Assembly: GCA_039679675.1 (NCBI GenBank)
Contig: JBDKUN010000028.1
Coordinates: 32,001 to 96,000, forward strand
DNA length: 64,000 bases
Direction of reading: 5' to 3'
DNA from: Armatimonadota bacterium
GTDB taxonomy: Bacteria; Armatimonadota; UBA5829; DTLH01
Made by a program: the position numbers and the translations under genes. Each line of letters begins with the position of its first letter. Position 1 is the first letter of the stretch. The notes under the pieces are model-generated. The model saw only the letters and a list, made by a program, of their open reading frames with translations. It made no database searches and was not told the origin of the DNA. Shown here in pieces: positions 19,219-27,405 of the stretch.

Positions 19219-20385
19219 ATGGATAAACTGAGAATAGGGTCTATAGGTGTCTGCGGGCGCGGCGGGCTTGCCAATTACTGGCAGAAGAGCAAGCGCGCGG
19301 CCGTGGTTGCAGGCGCGGATATCAACGAAAACCACCTGGCGGACTTCCGTAAAAGGATGGGCGACGACGTTTTCACGACTACGGACTACCGGGCGCTTCT
19401 GGAGAGGAGCGATATAGATGCTGTGGCCGTAACCTCGCCTGACTACTGCCACGAGGAGCAAGCAATCGCTGCTCTGCAGGCCGGAAAGCATGTATTCTGC
19501 GAAAAACCGCTTGCCATCACTACGGAAGGCTGCGACAGGATACTTGAGGCCTGGAAAGCCTCCGGAAAGCATCTCATGGTAGGGTTCAATATGCGCTATA
19601 TGAACATCTTCCGTGTGATGAAAGAGATAGTCGACTCCGGCGTGATAGGGGAGATCAAAGCCGTGTGGGTGCGGCACTTTGTAGGCTTCGGCGGGTGGTT
19701 CTATTACCATGACTGGCATGCCGACCGAAAGAACACTACATCCCTTCTTCTCCAGAAGGGCTCGCACGATATAGATATGATCCACTGGATCACTGGAAAG
19801 TATACGAAGAGGGTCGCTGCGTTCGGAAGCCTCGATTTCTTCGGCGGAGATAAGGCGAATGACCTCAGATGTCCTGACTGCCAGGACAAACACACCTGCA
19901 CTGAAGGGAGCTTCGACAATCTCAACCAGTGCGCATTTCGAAAAGAGGTCAACGTCGAGGACAACAACGTTGTGATAATGGAAATGGAGGGCGGGATAAA
20001 GGCATCTTACCTTCAGTGCCATTTCACACCGGACTACCATCGAAACTATGTCTTTATCGGCACTGAAGGCCGGATAGAAAACTCGGAACCGGAGGGCAAG
20101 GTCTGGTTGAAGATGCGGCACTCCGCTCCCGGACCGAGTTCGGCAGCACGTCTGGCGGACGAATCCGGTGTATGGAAGGAACTCGCCGACAGGACATATG
20201 ACATAAAACCCGCAGAAGGCACACATGGCGGGGCCGATCCCTTGATATGCGAGGACTTCCTGGATATGGTACTGCTCGGAAAAGAGCCTGTAGCAACGCC
20301 GTTTGCAGGGAGGATGAGTGTTGCCGTCGGCTGCGCAGCCGCAAAGTCTATGCGCTCAGGCGGAATGCCCGTAGATGTGCTTTAG
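19219..20385 (+). CDS. Gfo/Idh/MocA family oxidoreductase
   Basis: HVFCEKP, VGFNMRY, LLQKGSHDID, HGGAD. Confidence 0.92.
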   Translation: MDKLRIGSIGVCGRGGLANYWQKSKRAAVVAGADINENHLADFRKRMGDDVFTTTDYRALLERSDIDAVAVTSPDYCHEEQAIAALQAGKHVFCEKPLAITTEGCDRILEAWKASGKHLMVGFNMRYMNIFRVMKEIVDSGVIGEIKAVWVRHFVGFGGWFYYHDWHADRKNTTSLLLQKGSHDIDMIHWITGKYTKRVAAFGSLDFFGGDKANDLRCPDCQDKHTCTEGSFDNLNQCAFRKEVNVEDNNVVIMEMEGGIKASYLQCHFTPDYHRNYVFIGTEGRIENSEPEGKVWLKMRHSAPGPSSAARLADESGVWKELADRTYDIKPAEGTHGGADPLICEDFLDMVLLGKEPVATPFAGRMSVAVGCAAAKSMRSGGMPVDVL

Positions 20386-20509
20386 CTGCCAGCTATCAGC
20401 AGTCTGTTACCAGCATCTGAACCGCGAAATATGCGGAAGACGCGGAATAGGGATTAGTGGAGAGATAGAAGTTTTATCGCCTCTCCACTGATTCCTGCTG
20501 ACAACTAAA

Positions 20510-20833
20510 TCAAGCCACTTTTCTATGCGCATCGCCGTTGCGGGTCTCTGTTTCGTCTCTATTCGCAAGCATCTGTTTCATCCTCAACGCCATATCCGCA
20601 AGGCCTTTCAGGTATCCGGCCATGTAGCAGGCCTGCACAGTCTGCTCACGTTCTTTGGCATAGGCGTCGGACAGTTTGTGTATGATGTTAGCGGCATCTT
20701 TATCCGGTTTGCCCATGCGCACCATCTCTTTTTCGAGTTCACTTATCATATCGTTCGCTATGATACTCTCCGGCAAACCGCTGAGCTCCGACAGAGAATC
20801 GATATTCGGCAGTTTTATTTCATCTATATCCAT
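20510..20833 (-). CDS. Hypothetical protein
   Basis: ORF with plausible SD; no recognised motif. Confidence 0.55.
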   Translation of the reverse strand: MDIDEIKLPNIDSLSELSGLPESIIANDMISELEKEMVRMGKPDKDAANIIHKLSDAYAKEREQTVQACYMAGYLKGLADMALRMKQMLANRDETETRNGDAHRKVA

Positions 20834-20942
20834 TGATTCATCCCCCAATGGAGTTTTTGCTTTACGTGATTATCTTACCCTATGTTGCGAATACTACGTC
20901 CAGGTCTTGCAAAGACAGCACATTAAAAGTTACACTGAGTTT

Positions 20943-21704
20943 ATGCTTGCGAAAAGAATAATCCCCTGCCTGGACGTGAAAGACGGCAGGGTTGTCAAAG
21001 GGACCAACTTTGTCGATCTGAAAGACGCGGGAGACCCGGTAGAGCTTGCTGCTCGATATGACATGGAAGGCGCCGACGAGATCACTTTTCTCGATATTAC
21101 GGCGAGCCATGAGAAACGGGGCACTATTCTCGATGTCGCAAACCGGACTGCCGAAAAAGTCTTTATTCCATTCACTGTAGGAGGGGGAATTCAATCGGTG
21201 GATGACTTCCGATCGATCCTCATGACAGGCGCGGACAAGGTGAGTGTGAACACAGCCGCGCTGAAGAACCCACGGCTTATAACGGAAGCCGCGGAAAGGT
21301 TCGGCTCGCAATGCGTGGTTGTAGCAATCGACGCAAGAAGGAATGACGACTGTTCATGGGAGGTCTACACACACGGTGGACGGCGTCCGGCAGGAGTAGA
21401 TGCGGTAAAATGGGCCGTAGAGGTAGAAAAACTCGGGGCAGGAGAGATAATGCTTACGAGTATGGACTGCGACGGCACTAAGGCAGGCTACGATATAGAG
21501 CTTACAAGGACAGTAGCCGAAAAAGTCGGCATTCCAGTCATCGCTTCAGGCGGAGCAGGGACGCTGGAGCATATTTACGACGCTTTGACAGATGGAGGAG
21601 CTGACGCGGCGCTGATCGCCTCGATAGTCCACTACCGGACCTATTCCATAAAACAGATCAAGGACTACCTCGCAGAGCGGGGAGTCGAAGTCAGGAGTAT
21701 TTAA
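20943..21704 (+). CDS. hisF: Imidazole glycerol phosphate synthase cyclase subunit
   Basis: [32 protein letters not shown]. Confidence 0.97.
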   Translation: MLAKRIIPCLDVKDGRVVKGTNFVDLKDAGDPVELAARYDMEGADEITFLDITASHEKRGTILDVANRTAEKVFIPFTVGGGIQSVDDFRSILMTGADKVSVNTAALKNPRLITEAAERFGSQCVVVAIDARRNDDCSWEVYTHGGRRPAGVDAVKWAVEVEKLGAGEIMLTSMDCDGTKAGYDIELTRTVAEKVGIPVIASGGAGTLEHIYDALTDGGADAALIASIVHYRTYSIKQIKDYLAERGVEVRSI

Positions 21705-21706
21705 GC

Positions 21707-22075
21707 TTGAAAGAACTGGTTAATGTGCTCGTTTTTAACGATAATGGTCTTATTCCCGCCGTTATACAGGACGATAAGTCCGGGCAGGTGCTCACGCTTT
21801 GCTATATGAACATGGAAGCGCTGGAAAAGACGCTTGAGACAGGGCTGGTACATGTATTTCGCCGGAGCGTCGGCCGTCTTATGATGAAAGGCGAGACTTC
21901 AGGCCACACCCAGACGGTCAAGTCGATCACTATCGACTGTGAGGGCAAATCGCTCAATATAAGAATAGACCAGAAGGTCGCCGCCTGCCATAGAAACTAT
22001 TTTACCTGCTACTACCGTGAATATGACAGAGAAACAGGCAAGATTATTGTCCGCGGTGAACCAGTAATCGAGTAG
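21707..22075 (+). CDS. hisI: Phosphoribosyl-AMP cyclohydrolase
   Basis: GLIPAVIQD, KGETSGH, DCEG, ACH...CYY. Confidence 0.9.
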   Translation: MKELVNVLVFNDNGLIPAVIQDDKSGQVLTLCYMNMEALEKTLETGLVHVFRRSVGRLMMKGETSGHTQTVKSITIDCEGKSLNIRIDQKVAACHRNYFTCYYREYDRETGKIIVRGEPVIE

Positions 22076-22145
22076 AATCAACTTTTCTGCGGTATATTGA
22101 CGCAGTATCCGGAAAGAATCGCACTATCAGGAGGTGGTATTTCGG

Positions 22146-22232
22146 ATGCTGCGCAAAATAATATTGATAGCCGTAACATTGGCAACGGCAATCATGTTCG
22201 CAGGATGCGCACCCGGTGGGTGAGGGGCGTAA
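22146..22232 (+). CDS. Tiny lipoprotein-signal peptide ORF, possible selenopeptide (TGA at 22221) or frameshifted remnant
   Basis: AGGAGGT SD at 22129; MLRKIILIAVTLATAIMFAGCAPGG(TGA)GA(TAA); lipobox FAG-C. Confidence 0.45.
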
Positions 22233-22448
22233 ACCCGCTACCCGGTCCGGGTGGCCCGGAATCTGTTGGATATCACAGCAAAAATGACGGAGGTACTGTG
22301 GATTCTACTGCTACAAATATCCACTAACCAAAAATATTGGCTTTATAGCCTCATGCTATGGACTCAACATAGAAAGTGATATAATAATGAACTATACTGT
22401 AAAAACAGGGGCATAAGAGTTAACAAATAGCATGGAGGCATTAAATAA

Positions 22449-23120
22449 TTGAGTGTATATGCGCGCATGAAGCTGGCAATGCTCGCTGCAATAGTCATAC
22501 TAACAGCCGTTGCGTCCTCTGCTGTTGTTATGCAGGCGTCGGAAAGCAAGCAAGGTAAACAGAAGAAGCAGTTGGTTCAGACGAGTGGAAAAATGGATAT
22601 TGAGACTGCGAATGAACCGAGAAATCCGGAATATGTGCCTTGCCCATGTGGTTACGATGTAATGATAGACAAATCCAGCAGGCTGATGAAGATATACTTG
22701 AGGGGAAAGATACTTAGGACATACTCTATATGCCTTGGATTTGAACCGGAAGGGCGGAAAACTGCACGTGGGGACGGGCGGACACCGGAAGGTGATTATT
22801 ACATCTGCAGGCGGAACTCCGCAAGCGCGTATTATAGGTCACTCCTCATATCTTATCCATCTCCCTCGGATGCGAAGTGCGGTGTGGAAGAAGGAAAAGT
22901 AGATGATGCGGTAATGAATGAGGTCAATTGTGCTTGTTACAGGCGTTCCGTACCCCCGCAGGACACACAGCTCGGTGGAAATATCTGCATCCACGGTGAA
23001 GGAAGCAGATATCGTCAGGATAGAGACTGGACTGCAGGATGTATCGCGGTGACGAACAGAGAAATGGCTGAAATATTCAATATCATCCCGGTAGGAACTC
23101 CCGTCAGGATAAGGGCGTGA
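22449..23120 (+). CDS. L,D-transpeptidase (YkuD family)
   Basis: Signal peptide; GDGRTPEG, ICIHG, WTAGCI. Confidence 0.9.
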   Translation: MSVYARMKLAMLAAIVILTAVASSAVVMQASESKQGKQKKQLVQTSGKMDIETANEPRNPEYVPCPCGYDVMIDKSSRLMKIYLRGKILRTYSICLGFEPEGRKTARGDGRTPEGDYYICRRNSASAYYRSLLISYPSPSDAKCGVEEGKVDDAVMNEVNCACYRRSVPPQDTQLGGNICIHGEGSRYRQDRDWTAGCIAVTNREMAEIFNIIPVGTPVRIRA

Positions 23121-23237
23121 TGGGTAGTTGCTGTTGGCAGACGAGTTGACATGCCCGAGAAGGGGGTGATAAACTCGACCTGTTGGTTTAGGGCAAGAGG
23201 ATAATCGAAAAAATATTAAAATATTTCCGATGACCCC

Positions 23238-23264
23238 TAAAGATAATAAAAACACCGCCGATAA
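23238..23264 (+). promoter_or_regulatory. sigma28 (FliA) promoter
   Basis: Exact consensus TAAA-N15-GCCGATAA. Confidence 0.85.
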
Positions 23265-23285
23265 TAAGAAGTATAGAGATTAAAA

Positions 23286-23377
23286 CCGAAAAGGCAAACT
23301 CTTCGAAAGAAGGGGACGCAAAGCCAATGGGGCTTCCTTGAGCACAATTGTGTAAAAGATGCCGGCCAGGCTGCCGT
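23286..23377 (+). ncRNA. c-di-GMP-I (GEMM) riboswitch
   Basis: GGCAAAC...GAAA tetraloop...GGGACGCAAAGCC...GG...GCCAGGCTGCC pattern. Confidence 0.85.
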
Positions 23378-23439
23378 TCTTCTTGAGTCGAGGGTTTGCC
23401 TTTTTTGCATGATAAGCCCGCGATGGGAAGGAAAAGAAT

Positions 23440-23730
23440 ATGAAGATATCGAGCATCGAATGCGGTAATGCCAGTGCAAACGCAACAGAATCTAAAGTAA
23501 ATGAGAAGATTCTGCCAAAGAATATGCCTCGAAAGAGCGCGCGGACACATTTGACGCCTCTGGAGCAGGGCATTGCGGTGGCACAGGAAGCGCTGAAGGA
23601 TATTCCCGATGTTCGCGAAGATATCGTAGCTGATCTGAAAAAGCGGATCGCGAACGGGGAATACAAGGTCAGTGGAGAGGATGTTGCTGACATGATGATG
23701 AGGCGGAGAGCGGCTGACCGTATTAGATGA
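23440..23730 (+). CDS. flgM: Anti-sigma28 factor FlgM
   Basis: PDVREDIVADLKKRIANGEYKVSGEDVADMM C-terminal FlgM signature; sigma28 promoter upstream. Confidence 0.85.
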   Translation: MKISSIECGNASANATESKVNEKILPKNMPRKSARTHLTPLEQGIAVAQEALKDIPDVREDIVADLKKRIANGEYKVSGEDVADMMMRRRAADRIR

Positions 23731-23867
23731 TGTCTTGACGCGATTAATTGATATACGGGAGGAGAGGCGGTGTTAAGTGCCTCTCTTTCTTGGTGTACCG
23801 GCATGGAGGAAGAATCGAAGGAATTGAAGAAGTTAATTGGTAAGCTCAACAGTTTCGGGAGAAGCGG

Positions 23868-24644
23868 ATGGGGATAATATACGCTGTAGTAAACCAGAAA
23901 GGCGGAGTCGGTAAGACTACGACATCGGTAAACCTGGCAGCATGTGCTGCTGTGGCAGGTGAAAAGGTGCTGCTTGTCGATACGGACCCTCAGGGGAACG
24001 CGACAAGTGGAGTAGGAGTAGTAAAGTCAGGTCTGGAAGCCTGTATATACGATGTGTTGATAAACAGCGAGCCGATAGAGAATGTAATAATCAAAACTGA
24101 CACACCGAACCTCGATCTTGTACCGGCGCGGCTGGATCTGGCTGGAGCGGACATTGAACTGATGTCGATGATGTCACGTGAGACCAAACTTAAAAACGCG
24201 CTGGGACAGGTATCGGACCAGTATGAGATGATAGTGATAGATTGTCCTCCATCTCTTGGACTTCTCACAATAAATGTTCTGACTGCGGCAGACTATGTAA
24301 TATTGCCTATACAATGTGAATATTATGCGCTAGAAGGTATCAGTCAGCTTTTAAGAACTGTTGAGTTGATAAAACAGAACCTGAATCCTGATCTGGAAAT
24401 AGCAAAAGTGCTGCTTACAATGTATGACTACAGGACGAATTTATCTCAGCAGGTAGTAAGAGAGGTTCAGACCTTCTTTAGTGATCAGGTATCTGAAGTG
24501 CTTGTACCAAGAAATGTGCGTTTATCTGAAGCCCCGAGCCATGGGCTGCCGATAATTGCATACGATCCGAAATCAAAGGGCGCTGAGGCGTATCGAATAT
24601 TCTCCGAAGAGGTGATGGCGTTTGGAAAAGAAAGGGCTCGGTAA
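23868..24644 (+). CDS. parA: Chromosome partitioning ATPase ParA/Soj
   Basis: NQKGGVGKTT, DPQGNAT, DCPPSLG, QCEYYALEG, RLSEAPSHG. Confidence 0.96.
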   Translation: MGIIYAVVNQKGGVGKTTTSVNLAACAAVAGEKVLLVDTDPQGNATSGVGVVKSGLEACIYDVLINSEPIENVIIKTDTPNLDLVPARLDLAGADIELMSMMSRETKLKNALGQVSDQYEMIVIDCPPSLGLLTINVLTAADYVILPIQCEYYALEGISQLLRTVELIKQNLNPDLEIAKVLLTMYDYRTNLSQQVVREVQTFFSDQVSEVLVPRNVRLSEAPSHGLPIIAYDPKSKGAEAYRIFSEEVMAFGKERAR

Positions 24645-25491
24645 AGGGCTTGGCGCGTTGATTCCGGGTGCGGGTGAAACACGCAATGATCGACCGACAA
24701 ACGATATACAAATAGATCAGATTGTATTTAATCCGTATCAGCCAAGAAAGAGTATAGATGACGAAAAGTTCCAGGACCTTGTCAGATCTGTAAGGCTGCA
24801 TGGAATATTGCAGCCTATAGTCGTAAGAGCGAATAGTGACGGCACATATGAACTGGTAGCAGGCGAGAGGCGTCTTCGTGCTGCAACAGCTGCAGGACTA
24901 TCAAGAATACCGGCTACTATAAAGGAATACACGAACGAACAGAGCCTTGTTGTAGCATTGATAGAAAACTTACAGCGGGAAGACATAGGGCCGCTGGAAG
25001 CTGCTCTGGCTTACAAGAGGCTTATAGATGAGTTCAGCTTGAACCAGGATGATGTTGCCTTCAGGATAGGAAAGAGCAGGCCGAGTGTAACAAATACGCT
25101 CAGGTTATTAAACCTCCCGGAGGAGATTCAAAGGAGCCTTGGAAGCGGGCAAATATCTGAAGGGCATGCTAGATCACTATTGAGTGTGAATGATGCTGAC
25201 AGGCAAAGATCAATATGCCAGCGTATAATTGGAGAACACCTGTCAGTTAGAGATACTGAAAGACTGTGCAGGGAGAAACAAACTGAAAATGTTTCACGTG
25301 AAACATTACCGGTAACGAAGACTGTTGTCGAGGAGCTCGATCCCAATATGCTCGACATTCAGGATCAGCTTCGTAGGCTGTTTGGCACACGAGTTTCAAT
25401 ACGTATAGGCCGCGACCGTGGGAAGATCGAGATCGAGTTCTACAATGAAGATGATCTGAATCGAATATTAGGGTTGCTTGGCACGATGTGA
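24622..25491 (+). CDS. parB: Chromosome partitioning protein ParB/Spo0J
   Basis: NPYQPR, GILQPI, AGERRLRA, ENLQREDI, GHAR. Confidence 0.96.
   Translation: MEKKGLGKGLGALIPGAGETRNDRPTNDIQIDQIVFNPYQPRKSIDDEKFQDLVRSVRLHGILQPIVVRANSDGTYELVAGERRLRAATAAGLSRIPATIKEYTNEQSLVVALIENLQREDIGPLEAALAYKRLIDEFSLNQDDVAFRIGKSRPSVTNTLRLLNLPEEIQRSLGSGQISEGHARSLLSVNDADRQRSICQRIIGEHLSVRDTERLCREKQTENVSRETLPVTKTVVEELDPNMLDIQDQLRRLFGTRVSIRIGRDRGKIEIEFYNEDDLNRILGLLGTM
25290..25305. promoter_or_regulatory. parS site inside parB
   Basis: Perfect palindrome TGTTTCACGTGAAACA. Confidence 0.95.
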
Positions 25492-26222
25492 GTGGAAGGA
25501 CTTTTATGAGTAACCGTGCATTGGATCATGATAATTCTGAGCGGGCATCGCTATCTCTTCGTATTATTCCTGCTGTTGCATTTTTGCTTGCGACTGTTGC
25601 AATGTTTTTGCTTGGTTGCTTCGTTGTAGGTCCCTGGTACAAGAATCACAGTCAGGCAGTTGAGACATGCACGGTGGTGCCTCCATCTTTAACTCATGAT
25701 GGTGAAGACAGTCCCCTTCCGACACCTAACCGTTCTTCCAGAACATCCGAAGATCAAGTGTCTATAAAAGAGATTACTCCCAGTAAGTCTGCACAACCTG
25801 CTCATCGGGACGATATATCTATATCAAAGGAATCAATCACTCCTGAATCTAAATCTGCTTTAAAACCTGCCGATGAAGCATCGAGCCCATCGGTAGTATC
25901 CACAAATACCGCAGACTCTGCGAATACGGACATAAATAGACCCTCTCCTGCTGATTCGAAGCCTGAATCCGAGACCGACATCTCATCTCAACAGCTTCAT
26001 AGGGTTCGTGCCGGCTTATTCGCGGATAAGGCAAATGCTGATGCATTGTCAGCAAGGCTTTCTTCTGCTGGGTATGTGCCCTCTGTTCATCGTATAGAAC
26101 GGGATGGGCGTCAGTTGTATGTTGTGCAGCTTGGTGCATTCCGAAGCCGAGAGAATGCCGAGGAACTTGCAAAGTCTTTGCGGAATTCCGGTTTCGAAGC
26201 ATCTGTCGCAGCCGATAAATAA
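25488..26222 (+). CDS. SPOR domain cell-division protein
   Basis: N-terminal TM, Ser/Pro-rich linker, RVRAGLF and VVQLGAF SPOR repeats. Confidence 0.85.
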   Translation: MSGRTFMSNRALDHDNSERASLSLRIIPAVAFLLATVAMFLLGCFVVGPWYKNHSQAVETCTVVPPSLTHDGEDSPLPTPNRSSRTSEDQVSIKEITPSKSAQPAHRDDISISKESITPESKSALKPADEASSPSVVSTNTADSANTDINRPSPADSKPESETDISSQQLHRVRAGLFADKANADALSARLSSAGYVPSVHRIERDGRQLYVVQLGAFRSRENAEELAKSLRNSGFEASVAADK

Positions 26223-26240
26223 TAATTCTTCTGTCCTCGC

Positions 26241-26268
26241 GAACTTTTCCCCAGCTCGCCGTGTCTAA
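26241..26268 (+). promoter_or_regulatory. ECF (sigmaE-type) promoter
   Basis: GAACTT-N16-GTCTAA directly upstream of the ECF sigma gene. Confidence 0.75.
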
Positions 26269-26297
26269 TTATTGTCTCCTGCAGAGGGTAATGTAAT

Positions 26298-26852
26298 ATG
26301 CATGACGATGACATGCTGGTCTATGCTTGTCAATCAGGTGATATCGACGCTTTTGAACAGTTGGTCCGTAAATATCAGGACCGGACTATTCGCGTGCTTT
26401 ACCTTCTGCTAAGTGATGTGGATGATGCCCAGGATGCAGCACAGGAGACATTTATACGTGCCTTCAGATGTATCAAGTCATTCCGGCACAATTCCAGTTT
26501 TGGCACCTGGCTGCATAGGGTTGCTATCAATACAGCTCGCAATTGGGCCAGGAATAATAAACGTGGGCGAGAAGTCATATTCCCGATAGAGGGATTAAAT
26601 GCAATCAATCAGCCGAAGCCGGACGATCTTCTTGTAGCGCGTGAGCGATCATTGGAGATCAAATGTGCTCTAGGCCGACTTCCGCAGTATTACCGCGAGG
26701 CGATTGTCCTTCGCCATTACGATGATATGTCATACGAAGAGATTGCTCTAGTGCAGCAGGTTCCCGTTGGTACTGTAAGGTCTAGGTTGGCTAAAGCCAG
26801 AGATATGCTCAGACAGTATCTCTCAGAAGACATCAATAAATCGAATATGTAA
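26298..26852 (+). CDS. ECF RNA polymerase sigma factor
   Basis: DAQDAAQETF, FGTWLHRVAIN, SYEEIA, GTVRSRL. Confidence 0.93.
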   Translation: MHDDDMLVYACQSGDIDAFEQLVRKYQDRTIRVLYLLLSDVDDAQDAAQETFIRAFRCIKSFRHNSSFGTWLHRVAINTARNWARNNKRGREVIFPIEGLNAINQPKPDDLLVARERSLEIKCALGRLPQYYREAIVLRHYDDMSYEEIALVQQVPVGTVRSRLAKARDMLRQYLSEDINKSNM

Positions 26853-26865
26853 GGAGTGTTCGATT

Positions 26866-27405
26866 ATGAATTGCAGACAAGCAAGAATATTGATCCCACT
26901 CGAGGCTGATAAGCAGCTGAAAGGGGATCATCATATAGAGTTACAGGCTCATTTGGCTGAATGCGATGCGTGTTCGGAGGAGTTATCTTCTTACAGGGCC
27001 TCTATAGAAGGTCTTGAAAACGCTCTTCATACGATCTCCGATGGAATCACTGCCTCAGATGGGTTCACGTCGGCTGTTGCAGCAGAGGCAGAGGCTATAA
27101 ATGTTCGTAATCGGGCTAAGTATTGGCTTGTATATAGGTTCCCAGTAAGGATTATCGATTCATTTAAAAGAAGCAAGTTGCTCACTGCAGCTGCATCTAT
27201 TGCAATTATTCTCGCTGTAGCACTGGTCATAGGTAATACAGCGATTAATATCCTAGATACCACACCTGTAGCATCTACAAAAGTGGATCCAGGCCGACTC
27301 ATTGTGTTTACCGTGCATCCGACCACCGATGGAAGCATTGTGGCTGGGGTTCATTCTCACGGTTATTGTCAGATTACGAAATCTACCGGGGAGGCTCTAC
27401 GGTGA
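26866..27405 (+). CDS. Anti-sigma factor with zf-HC2 domain
   Basis: MNC...HLAECDAC, followed by one TM helix. Confidence 0.85.
   Translation: MNCRQARILIPLEADKQLKGDHHIELQAHLAECDACSEELSSYRASIEGLENALHTISDGITASDGFTSAVAAEAEAINVRNRAKYWLVYRFPVRIIDSFKRSKLLTAAASIAIILAVALVIGNTAINILDTTPVASTKVDPGRLIVFTVHPTTDGSIVAGVHSHGYCQITKSTGEALR

Noticed and set aside
19000..20226. 408 aa minus-strand ORF
   Set aside because: Antisense shadow of the Gfo/Idh/MocA gene; no motifs.
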